From the NCBI GenBank assembly GCA_965263175.1, contig OZ253587.1, positions 607,341-671,340 on the forward strand: a DNA stretch of 64,000 bases, given 5' to 3'. The notes below the pieces were generated by a model that did not search any database, was not told the DNA's origin, and saw only the letters and a list, made by a program, of their open reading frames with translations. The stretch is from Chloroflexota bacterium (GTDB lineage: Bacteria; Chloroflexota; UBA11872). A program made the translations under genes and the position numbers. The number at the start of each line of letters is the position of its first letter. Within the stretch, counting starts at the first letter, position 1. This document shows positions 56,507-64,000 of this stretch, in pieces.

Positions 56507-57904
56507 ATGAACCCCACCGGGCGCCTCGCGCGCATATTTCGACAGGCCGGCTTCGACCTTTACCTCGTCGGCGGTCCGGTCCGCGACCGCATCATCGGGC
56601 GAACGTCGCACGACCTGGACTTCACCACTAGCGCCCGCCCCGATCGCGTGAAGGTGCTTGCTCGCCGGGCCGGCGCTATCAGCATTTACACGGTTGGTGA
56701 GCGCTTCGGGACTATCGGTGCGGTATTCGAGAGTGGGCCGGTCGAGATCACCACGTTCCGTGCCGAGTCTTATCGCCAGGGCTCGCGAAAACCGGAGGTC
56801 CAGTTTGGGGACTCGCTGGAAGCCGATCTCAGCCGGCGCGACTTCACTATCAACGCGATGGCTCAGGATGTCCTGAGCGGGCGCATCATCGATCCCCACG
56901 GTGGGCTCGCCGATTTGGTTGCCGGCCGAATCCGGGCAGTCGGTGTTGCGGACGACCGGTTTCGGGAGGACCCGTTGCGCGTGCTTCGGTGCGTGAGATT
57001 TGGGGCGCAACTGGGGTTCGACATCGAGGCGGGCACCTTGGCCGCGGCGCGGCGCACCGCGGACGAGCTTCGTCACGTCAGCGCTGAACGCATCGGCGCC
57101 GAGCTCAACTTGACGCTGCTTTCGCCGGAGCCGGGCCGGGCATTGGTCACGCTCCTGGAGATCGGGGTGCTGGGCCTGGTGATGCCCGAGTTGATTTCCC
57201 TCCAGCAGACGGAACAGGAAGAGCAGAGGCAGCACAAGGACGTGTTTGCCCACACCATGCGTGTGCTGTCCACGACACGGGCTGAACCCGAGATCCGGTG
57301 GTCGGCGCTGCTGCACGACGTCGGCAAGCCGCAAACCAAGTCCATCCGCACCGGGCGTATCCGGTTCTTTGGACACGAGGAGGTGGGCGCGCGCATCGCA
57401 AGGCGGATCATGCGCCGACTCAAGTTCGACGGCCGGCTCACGGACCGCGTGACGCACATCGTCCGGCTGCACATGCGTGCGAACGCCTACGAGCGAGATT
57501 GGACGGACGGGGCGGTGCGCCGGTTCATCCTGGAAGCCGGCGAGGACCTTGATGCGTTGATCGCCCTGTCACGCGCCGATATCACCAGCTATCGCCCGCG
57601 GCGCATTGAGGCCGGACTGGCGCGCGTCGCGGAACTGCACGCGCGTTGCCAGCACTTGCAGGCCGAGCGCGATGTGGCCGCGCTGGACTCGCCGCTGGAC
57701 GGCCATGCGCTCATGGAACTGTTCGACCGGCCGGCGGGCGTGTGGATCAAGCCGATCAAGCAATTCTTGCTGGACTTGGTGCTGGACGGCGAACTCGAGC
57801 CGGACGATGTGGAACGCGCCCGCGTCCTTGCGGAAGAGTTTGTCCAGCGTCACACCGAGGCCGCTGACGCCATTGAGTCGGGAGCGCAGCATGCCCAGCG
57901 CTGA
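56507..57904 (+). CDS. cca: CCA-adding tRNA nucleotidyltransferase with HD domain
   Basis: LYLVGGPVRDRIIGRTSHDLDFTT, RDFTINAMA and the HD motif LLHDVGKP. Confidence 0.88.
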   Translation: MNPTGRLARIFRQAGFDLYLVGGPVRDRIIGRTSHDLDFTTSARPDRVKVLARRAGAISIYTVGERFGTIGAVFESGPVEITTFRAESYRQGSRKPEVQFGDSLEADLSRRDFTINAMAQDVLSGRIIDPHGGLADLVAGRIRAVGVADDRFREDPLRVLRCVRFGAQLGFDIEAGTLAAARRTADELRHVSAERIGAELNLTLLSPEPGRALVTLLEIGVLGLVMPELISLQQTEQEEQRQHKDVFAHTMRVLSTTRAEPEIRWSALLHDVGKPQTKSIRTGRIRFFGHEEVGARIARRIMRRLKFDGRLTDRVTHIVRLHMRANAYERDWTDGAVRRFILEAGEDLDALIALSRADITSYRPRRIEAGLARVAELHARCQHLQAERDVAALDSPLDGHALMELFDRPAGVWIKPIKQFLLDLVLDGELEPDDVERARVLAEEFVQRHTEAADAIESGAQHAQR

Positions 57905-58139
57905 GGCTGGCGAGTCATGGACGCGTCTGCGAAGCTGGCTGCGGCGGCGTATCGATCAGATGGCCGCTGGCGATTACTCGCGTTTGCCGTCGTCGTTTGC
58001 CAGCGATGATGGTCATGTGGCTCGTGAGGCGTATGCGACAGTGTTGATCGCGATGGACGTGATCGAGGGTCGGCGCACGACGCTTGGGCGTGGGCGTGCC
58101 AACCGCAATCCCAGTTCGCCGATTCCGGGGCCGCCCTAG
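57891..58139 (+). CDS. small hypothetical protein (82 aa)
   Basis: The ATG overlaps the cca end by 14 nt and its stop overlaps the GTG of the next gene by 1 nt (TAGTG), which suggests translational coupling. No recognisable motif. Confidence 0.4.
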   Translation: MPSAEAGESWTRLRSWLRRRIDQMAAGDYSRLPSSFASDDGHVAREAYATVLIAMDVIEGRRTTLGRGRANRNPSSPIPGPP

Positions 58140-59110
58140 TGTCCGAACCGGGAGATTACTTCTCGCACCGAACCCTGGGCACGACGGGGCTGCGGATCAC
58201 ACCCATGTGCATTGGCACGGCGGCGCTTGGCGATATGCCGGAGGCCTTTGCGTATTCGGTGGCGGAAGACGATGCCCTCGCGGCTGTTCGGGCGACGCTC
58301 GACAGCGCGATCAACTTTATCGACACGGCGGCGTCCTACGGCGACGGTGAGAGCGAGCGGCGCATCGGGGTTGTCCTGCGCGAGCGCGGCGGCATTCCCG
58401 AGGGCTATGTCGTCGGCACCAAAGCCGACCGCGACATGACCACGGACGATTTCAGCGGTCCGCAGATGCGCCGTTCGGTTGAGCGCAGTCTTGATCTGTT
58501 GGGGCTGGATCGCCTTCAGCTCGTGCACCTGCACGATCCCGAGCACACGACCTACGACGCCATTACCGCGCCTGGGGGTCCGCTGGAGGTGCTTCTGGAC
58601 CTGAAGGCCGAGGGTCTGATCGAGCACCTGGGCGTTGCGGGCGGACCGGTCGACCAGGAAATTCGCTACATCGAGACTGGCTGCTTTGAGGTGGTGGTTA
58701 CGCACAATCGCTACACCCTGCTCAATCGTTCGGCCGAACCGCTGCTGGAAATCGCGGCGATGCGCAACGTGGCCGTGCTCAACGCGGCGCCGTACGGCAG
58801 CGGCATCCTGTCGCGCGGACCGGAGGCGTATCCGCGCTACGCCTATCAGACCGCGCCGCCCGAGCTCGTGGCACGCGCACGCCGGCTGCAAGCAATCTGC
58901 GACCGCTACAGAGTTCCCCTGGCCGCGGCCGCGCTGCAGTTCTCGCTGAAGGATCCGCGCATTGTCTCAACCATTGTGGGCGCCAGTCGGCCTGACCGCA
59001 TTGAGAAGACCCTGGTTCTGGCCGCGTTCGAGATTCCCGACGAGCTCTGGGCCGAGCTCGAGACGGTTCCGTCGACGTCCATCGATCCCGAAACGCACCG
59101 GTGGAATTGA
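58139..59110 (+). CDS. aldo/keto reductase
   Basis: LGTTGLRITPMCIGTAALG and INFIDTAASYGDGESE are typical AKR N-terminal motifs. 323 aa. Confidence 0.85.
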   Translation: MSEPGDYFSHRTLGTTGLRITPMCIGTAALGDMPEAFAYSVAEDDALAAVRATLDSAINFIDTAASYGDGESERRIGVVLRERGGIPEGYVVGTKADRDMTTDDFSGPQMRRSVERSLDLLGLDRLQLVHLHDPEHTTYDAITAPGGPLEVLLDLKAEGLIEHLGVAGGPVDQEIRYIETGCFEVVVTHNRYTLLNRSAEPLLEIAAMRNVAVLNAAPYGSGILSRGPEAYPRYAYQTAPPELVARARRLQAICDRYRVPLAAAALQFSLKDPRIVSTIVGASRPDRIEKTLVLAAFEIPDELWAELETVPSTSIDPETHRWN

Positions 59111-59186
59111 ACACGGCTCGATCCCGGGGGCTGGTCAACGAGTTGGCATCTGGCCCAAGTTCAACGTATCGACCGGAGTTGACCTG

Positions 59187-59864
59187 ATGAGAAGCGGAAA
59201 TTCAGGGCGGGTCATGATCGGCCTGATCGTGGTGGCGGTCGGCGTGCTGCTGCTGCTCGCCAATCTCGGCCTTGGCGACTTCAGCCCGTGGGAGTACGCC
59301 CCATCGCTCCTCATCGTGCTGGGACTTTGGGCGTTGATTCGCAGTGGTTTTCGAGGATCGATCGGTCCCTGGGTACTGATCGGCATCGGGATCGCTGTCC
59401 AGCTGTCAGTGCTGGACGAGGTGCCCGCCGTGGTTCGCGGGGCGATCTGGCCAGTTTTCATCATTGGCGCCGGAGTGCTGCTGATTGTTACGCGCGCGTC
59501 TTTCGGTGGTCGTGAGTCTTCCGCCCGCCGCTCCAGCGATGGGCTCAGCCATGTGGCCATTTTCAATACCGTGAACGATGTTGTGGACGGTCCGTTCAGC
59601 CGTTTGCAGTCCACGACGCTCTTCGGCGGGGCGGACTACGATCTGCGCGACGCCCGCGTGGAGCGTCCGCCGGCGGTCATCGACGTGACCTGCCTGTTCG
59701 GAGGCGTGGAGGTGCGCGTGCCGGAGGACTGGACGGTCCATAACGACGTGCTGGCCCTGTTCGGGGGCGTGGACGACAAGCGTCGGGGCTCGAGAGCGGA
59801 CGGCGAGGTGACCGTGAGTATCCGGGGAACGGTTGTCTTTGGCGGGTTGACGATCAAGGACTGA
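59187..59864 (+). CDS. LiaF-like cell-wall-active antibiotic response protein (membrane N-domain plus DUF2154-like C-domain)
   Basis: Four hydrophobic segments, then repeated FGG.(D/E)..(V/L) strands (LFGGADYDL, LFGGVEVRVP, LFGGVDDK, VFGGLTIKD). ATG 59187 chosen; the ORF is open from 58962 but overlaps the AKR gene. Confidence 0.6.
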   Translation: MRSGNSGRVMIGLIVVAVGVLLLLANLGLGDFSPWEYAPSLLIVLGLWALIRSGFRGSIGPWVLIGIGIAVQLSVLDEVPAVVRGAIWPVFIIGAGVLLIVTRASFGGRESSARRSSDGLSHVAIFNTVNDVVDGPFSRLQSTTLFGGADYDLRDARVERPPAVIDVTCLFGGVEVRVPEDWTVHNDVLALFGGVDDKRRGSRADGEVTVSIRGTVVFGGLTIKD

Positions 59865-59918
59865 CGCGTAGCCGCACGGCTCGTATGCTTCTGGTGGCCG
59901 AGTCTGGATGACGATGCG

Positions 59919-61535
59919 ATGGCTGCGCCAGAACGCGATTCCGATGTCCTGATCGTCGGCGCCGGCGCCTCCGGGGCCGCCGCGGCGTGGTCACTATCGC
60001 GTCGAGGGTTGCGCGTTACCTGTCTGGAGCAGGGTCGCTGGGTTGATCCCTCCGAGTACGCGCACTCGCGGCAAGATTACGAACTCGCCCGCCAGACCTC
60101 GTTCGCCAAGGATCCGAATGTACGCGACTGGCCTGAGGACTACCCGATCAACAACAGCGGGACGCCCATCTATCCGCTTATGTTCAACGCGGTCGGCGGC
60201 AGTACGGTGCATTGGAGCGGGCATTTCCCGCGAATGCGTCCCTCCGATTTCCGTGTCCGCACGCTGGATGGCGTGGCTGACGACTGGCCCTTTACGTACT
60301 GGGACCTGGAGCCGTTCTACGACCTGAATGACTCGATGGTGGGCGTGTCAGGTTTGGCCGGCGATCCCGGCAACCCGCCGCGCAGTCCCCGGCAGACGCC
60401 GCCGCTGGCGTTCGATGCCGGATGCGAGGCCTACCTGCGCGGCTTGGAGAAGCTGGGCTGGCACTGGTGGCCGTGCGACAACGCCCTGATCTCCGAGCCG
60501 TTCGGCGAGAACCGTTCCCCCTGCAACTGCTGCGGGCCCTGTGACATCGGATGCCCCATCGGCGCCATGTCCAGCGCCCACGTTACCTACTGGCCCAAGG
60601 CGGTGGCTCAAGGCGTCCAACTGATCACGCACGCACGCGTCGAGCAGATCACGGTGGACCGGGCCGGTCGAGCCACCGGCGCGCTGTACTACGACGCGCA
60701 GGGCGTTCGCCAGAGCCACACCGCCGGCATCGTTGTCATGGCCGCAAACGGCGTGGGCACGCCGCGGCTGCTGCTCAACTCAACGTCGGCGCGTTTTCCC
60801 CAGGGTCTGGCGAACAATTCCGGGGTGGTTGGCGCTTATTTGATGTTCCATCCCGTTGCACTCGTAAGCGGGGTCTTTGAGGGAGTCGTGAACGGACAGC
60901 GCGGTCCGATAGGCGGATTGATGAACTGTCAGGAGTTCTACGAGACTGACGAGTCCCGAGGCTTCGCGCGAGGCTTTGAGCTGCAGCTCAGTCGCAACGT
61001 CGGACCGCTGTCGGTCGCCGTGGGCGGCATTCTCGGCACGTCCGTACCCTGGGGCGCTCAGCACCATGACGCGCTGCGCTCGCGCTACGCGCATACGATG
61101 ACAACGACCGTGATGCTGGAAGATCTTCCGGAGCCTGAGAATCGCGTCACGCTCGATCCGGACCTGACGGACGCCCACGGTATCCCGGCGCCGCGCATCG
61201 AGTACCGTCTGGGCGAAAACAGTGAGCGCATGCTTGACTTCAGCATCGCGCGCGGCCGCGAGCTTTTTGAGGCTGCGGGTGCGGCGGAGATCTTGGTCGA
61301 CCCGCTGGTACGGGAGTCCGGCTGGCATCTGATGGGAACCTGCCGGATGGGCGACGACCCCGAACGCTCGGTCATCAATGGCCGGGGCCAGGCGCATGAG
61401 TGTCCAAACCTGTTTGCTATCGACGGCAGTACGTTCACGACGTCCGCCGCGGCGAATCCGACCAGCACCATCCAGGCCGTCGCCCTGCGTTGCGCCGATT
61501 GGCTGGGCCGCAACTACCGTGCGGTAGCGACATGA
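59919..61535 (+). CDS. GMC-family FAD-dependent oxidoreductase
   Basis: DVLIVGAGASGAAAAWSL dinucleotide-binding start and C-terminal HLMGTCRMG...FAIDGSTF motifs. Confidence 0.85.
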   Translation: MAAPERDSDVLIVGAGASGAAAAWSLSRRGLRVTCLEQGRWVDPSEYAHSRQDYELARQTSFAKDPNVRDWPEDYPINNSGTPIYPLMFNAVGGSTVHWSGHFPRMRPSDFRVRTLDGVADDWPFTYWDLEPFYDLNDSMVGVSGLAGDPGNPPRSPRQTPPLAFDAGCEAYLRGLEKLGWHWWPCDNALISEPFGENRSPCNCCGPCDIGCPIGAMSSAHVTYWPKAVAQGVQLITHARVEQITVDRAGRATGALYYDAQGVRQSHTAGIVVMAANGVGTPRLLLNSTSARFPQGLANNSGVVGAYLMFHPVALVSGVFEGVVNGQRGPIGGLMNCQEFYETDESRGFARGFELQLSRNVGPLSVAVGGILGTSVPWGAQHHDALRSRYAHTMTTTVMLEDLPEPENRVTLDPDLTDAHGIPAPRIEYRLGENSERMLDFSIARGRELFEAAGAAEILVDPLVRESGWHLMGTCRMGDDPERSVINGRGQAHECPNLFAIDGSTFTTSAAANPTSTIQAVALRCADWLGRNYRAVAT

Positions 61536-61978
61536 CGGCTCGCATTCTCACGCTGGCGGAACTGAAACTCCTGACGCTTGTTCAGAATGAACTCGTTCCT
61601 GCCTTCGACGCGCTGCCGGCGGCCGGAACGTTGGGCGCGGCGCTGACGCTTGACGGCTACCTTGCTGAACGCTCCAAGTTGCGTCGTCCGGTGCTGACCG
61701 CGTTGCGGGCCATCGAAGTCGCCGCCGGCGAACAGCCGCTGGCGGATCGCAGTTCGGCGGACCGCGTCGCCGTGCTCCGACAGGCAGAGGCTGACGCGCC
61801 GGAGGCGTTCGCCGAGCTTGTTCGCCAGACCTACAACGCCTACTACACGCGCCCTGACGTGCAGGCAACCCTGGGAATTGACGGGCCGCCGCAGCCCGTA
61901 GGGTTCGAATTGCCCGCGTTTGACGAGTCGCGGCTTGCCCGCGTGCGGGCTATGGGCAAACTCTGGCGGGACGCCTGA
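61532..61978 (+). CDS. gluconate 2-dehydrogenase subunit 3-like small subunit
   Basis: 148-aa ORF whose ATG overlaps the GMC stop (ATGA). The size and its position after a GMC flavoprotein fit this family. Sequence support is by eye only and weak. Confidence 0.45.
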   Translation: MTARILTLAELKLLTLVQNELVPAFDALPAAGTLGAALTLDGYLAERSKLRRPVLTALRAIEVAAGEQPLADRSSADRVAVLRQAEADAPEAFAELVRQTYNAYYTRPDVQATLGIDGPPQPVGFELPAFDESRLARVRAMGKLWRDA

Positions 61979-62009
61979 ACCGTTCCGCCGCCAATACGTG
62001 TCTAAAGCG

Positions 62010-62036
62010 AAAGGCCGCGCCGAAGGCGCGGCCTTT
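62010..62036. terminator. bidirectional intrinsic terminator hairpin between convergent genes
   Basis: Perfect 11-bp stem AAAGGCCGCGC / GCGCGGCCTTT with 5-nt loop CGAAG. A/T runs on both sides. It lies between the + strand stop (61978) and the - strand stop (62054). Confidence 0.8.
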
Positions 62037-62053
62037 CCACAGAGCGCGGGCGA

Positions 62054-62317
62054 TTAGCTTTCCTTCTTCACTCCCAGGTCGCCGTTACGCATCTCAAAAT
62101 TCACTTTGATACCGGCCTGAACGGCGGCTGCCTGGATCCGACCGCGGAGCGTCGGCTGACGCTTCTTTTCGTCGTCGGACAGGCTGACAACAACCCACTC
62201 GCCGTCCTTGCTGCGCCTGGCGGCGCGAACGATTTCTCTGATTTCGGGGCTGACGCGCCGCATGCGCTGCGGTCGGCTCGTCCATTCACCACCTGAAACG
62301 ACTTCCTTAAGCCTCAT
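62054..62317 (-). CDS. small basic hypothetical protein (87 aa)
   Basis: ATG 62317 is preceded by a strong SD (AGGAGGA, 7-nt spacer). Lys/Arg/Glu-rich. GC is lower than in neighbouring genes. No family recognised. Confidence 0.6.
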   Translation of the reverse strand: MRLKEVVSGGEWTSRPQRMRRVSPEIREIVRAARRSKDGEWVVVSLSDDEKKRQPTLRGRIQAAAVQAGIKVNFEMRNGDLGVKKES

Positions 62318-62924
62318 CTACCGTCCTCCTAGCTACGGTGCAACGGATCATGCACTAAATGAGTTTGCTACATCTCTATGTGAAGCGCAACTGACAACTG
62401 TCGATCCACCGATGTGACGGTAGGCGTCAGAGTTTCGGAGCAAGGATAACTCTTTGCTGACTAGGGGCAGCTTTTCCAGTGCGCCTGACGGGACATATCA
62501 GGATGCAATTCCTATAGCTTTCGGCGCCGGCACAATGCAGTTGGACATGATTCCGGATTCGATCCAAGCGTCAACGCTAAGGCTGCGTCTGGGCTGAAGG
62601 CGATGGTGAGGCTCGGCTATATTGGTCGGCGTGGCACCAGCTTCCACTAACGCAGCGTCTCAAAATCCACCGGCGATCCGCTCCGCTCCCGAAGACCCGT
62701 CGACGACATGCTTTGCATGATGACGTGCCATTGCGCGTAACGAAGTCGATCCATGAAATCCGAGACAGCCGCGCACCGTAAGGCGGCAGCGTTACGTGCG
62801 CACGGCTAGAGTCGTGCCGAAGGAAATGTAGATAGTTCCAAAGTCATCACGTGCTATCGGAGCACGAAACGTACGCGGTCTGGGCGGGCCCGTTAGCTAG
62901 TCGAGGTGGGAGCGCGGTGGGTTA

Positions 62925-63734
62925 TCACGCTGGAATGTGGACCCAATCCCAGGTGAGGGTGGATTGGGGGAAGACAGGGCCGGTGTGGCAGACGCGCTGG
63001 GGGCCGGTGGTGGTTTGGACGACGCAGGAGTAGCAGACGCCCATGGCGCACCCCATGCGGGCTTCCAGCGCGGTAAACGCGGGGCGCGGTCCGTGGATGG
63101 AGGTGAGTTCGTCCGTGAGCGCGGCCATGGCCCGCATCATGGGCGTGGGGCCGCAGACGAAGATCTGGTCGCACCAGCCGAAATGGTCGGAAACCAGGTC
63201 GGTTACGAAGCCGTGATGGCCGAGCGTGCCGTCGTCGGTGGCAATTAGGTAGTCCGCGCTCTTGTCCAGCCAGGCGGCCGGCGTGATCTGATGGGCGTCG
63301 CGTCCGCCAGCGAGCAGGCGCACCTGGACCCCTTGCGCCGGCGCCAGCTCGGCCAGCGCGATGAGGGGGGCCAGGCCGATGCCGCCGCCGACCATCAGCG
63401 CCCGCCGGCGGTTGGGCTGGAATATGAAGTTGCTGCCCAATGGCCCCAGCATGTCGACTTCGGCCCCTACCGGTTGGTCCACCAGCCACGCCGTGCCTCT
63501 GCCGACGGTGTCGATAAGGAAGGCGACCCGTCCGCGGTCAGGCTCGATGCGGCTGAAGCTGAGCGGCCGGCGCAGGAGCGGGTCGAGTTGATCGGGCGCG
63601 CTGCACAACACGTGTGCGAACTGGCCGGGGCGCGAACAGGCGGCGATCTGGGGCGCTTGGTATTCACACCACCAGAGACGTTCGGTGATGCGCGTATTGC
63701 ACAGCACGCGGGCGGATTCGATCCGCCGAGTCAT
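62925..63734 (-). CDS. pyrK: dihydroorotate dehydrogenase electron-transfer subunit
   Basis: FAD/NAD-binding RRPLSFS and MVGGGIGLAPL motifs, plus the C-terminal 2Fe-2S cluster motif MGCAMGVCYSCV...C. The ATG overlaps the carB stop (ATGA). Confidence 0.85.
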   Translation of the reverse strand: MTRRIESARVLCNTRITERLWWCEYQAPQIAACSRPGQFAHVLCSAPDQLDPLLRRPLSFSRIEPDRGRVAFLIDTVGRGTAWLVDQPVGAEVDMLGPLGSNFIFQPNRRRALMVGGGIGLAPLIALAELAPAQGVQVRLLAGGRDAHQITPAAWLDKSADYLIATDDGTLGHHGFVTDLVSDHFGWCDQIFVCGPTPMMRAMAALTDELTSIHGPRPAFTALEARMGCAMGVCYSCVVQTTTGPQRVCHTGPVFPQSTLTWDWVHIPA

Positions 63735-64000
63735 GCGCGGGACGCGCGGTATTCGTCGATCGTGCGCACGTTGAAGGAACCGTGGGCCTGGCGCAGGGCG
63801 GCCGCGAGGGCGCGGGCCGTGTCCAGGGAGGTCAGACAGGGGGTGCGGGTCTCGGCCGCGGCCCGGCGCATATAGTGCCCATCCTGAATGGCCTCGCGGC
63901 GTCCGGTGAGCGTATTGATCACCAGGACCGCACCGCCCTGGCGGATGCAATCCTCGACATTTGGGCTGCCGCCACGCAATTTGCCGACGCGCCGGACCGG
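63731..64000 (-). CDS. carB: carbamoyl-phosphate synthase large subunit, C-terminal (MGS-like) fragment; 5' part outside the window
   Basis: ...VLVINTLTGRREAIQDGHYMRRAAAETRTPCLTSLDTARALAAAL resembles the allosteric C-terminal domain of CarB. The frame is open to the window edge. Confidence 0.7.
   Translation of the reverse strand, partial: PVRRVGKLRGGSPNVEDCIRQGGAVLVINTLTGRREAIQDGHYMRRAAAETRTPCLTSLDTARALAAALRQAHGSFNVRTIDEYRASRA

Noticed and set aside
55658-57472. 604-aa minus-strand ORF
   Set aside because: It is antisense to the double-VWA gene and to cca, both of which carry clear family motifs. Its Arg/Pro/Gly-rich composition is typical of spurious antisense frames in high-GC DNA.
1-64000. 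Search for tRNA, rRNA, CRISPR arrays and IS elements
   Set aside because: No cloverleaf-like sequence, rRNA-like conserved block, short regularly spaced repeat array, or transposase/integrase-like ORF was recognised by eye in any intergenic region. Absence should be confirmed with tRNAscan-SE, Infernal and ISfinder.

Overview
This is 64 kb of high-GC bacterial chromosome. Spot counts of 60-nt lines give about 67-72 % GC in most genes. It is densely coded, with about 58 supported CDS and no rRNA, tRNA, CRISPR array, transposase or integrase that I can recognise. Gene content (DUF4012, DUF2723, split Tm-1-like pair, Bat/MoxR operon, tlyA-nadK-recN) suggests Chloroflexota or Actinomycetota, but the phylum cannot be fixed from this window. 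There are five blocks. (1) 1-6.5 kb holds two pcm paralogues bracketing a spermidine-synthase-like membrane protein and a lower-GC cassette (265-aa unknown protein plus PIN nuclease), followed by a GH29 fucosidase. (2) 6.5-12.4 kb is a lower-GC accessory stretch with an orphan RHH antitoxin, a YdeI-like fragment, a higBA pair, a decayed gene and a 1254-aa secreted protein carrying 34 uninterrupted 24-residue plant-type leucine-rich repeats in two duplicated modules. (3) 12.4-20 kb holds mixed redox and accessory enzymes. (4) 20.1-38.8 kb is a large envelope-glycan region. It contains an approximately 14-kb co-directional, translationally coupled gene string plus divergent asnB and an ABC-2 exporter. 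(5) 38.9-64 kb is mostly housekeeping: aspA, dtd, hisDB, tlyA, nadK, recN, cca, pyrK and carB. It also holds a five-gene MoxR/DUF58/BatA/VWA operon, a GMC oxidoreductase pair and an unusual 600-bp ORF-free, low-GC gap. The best candidates for something undescribed are the 265-aa+PIN cassette (3148-4423), the chimeric LRR protein (8504-12268), and the DUF2723 glycosyltransferase embedded among anchored proteins with Pro/Thr/Ala-rich linkers (20136-26095). All functional calls come from motifs read in the supplied translations. No database search was run.
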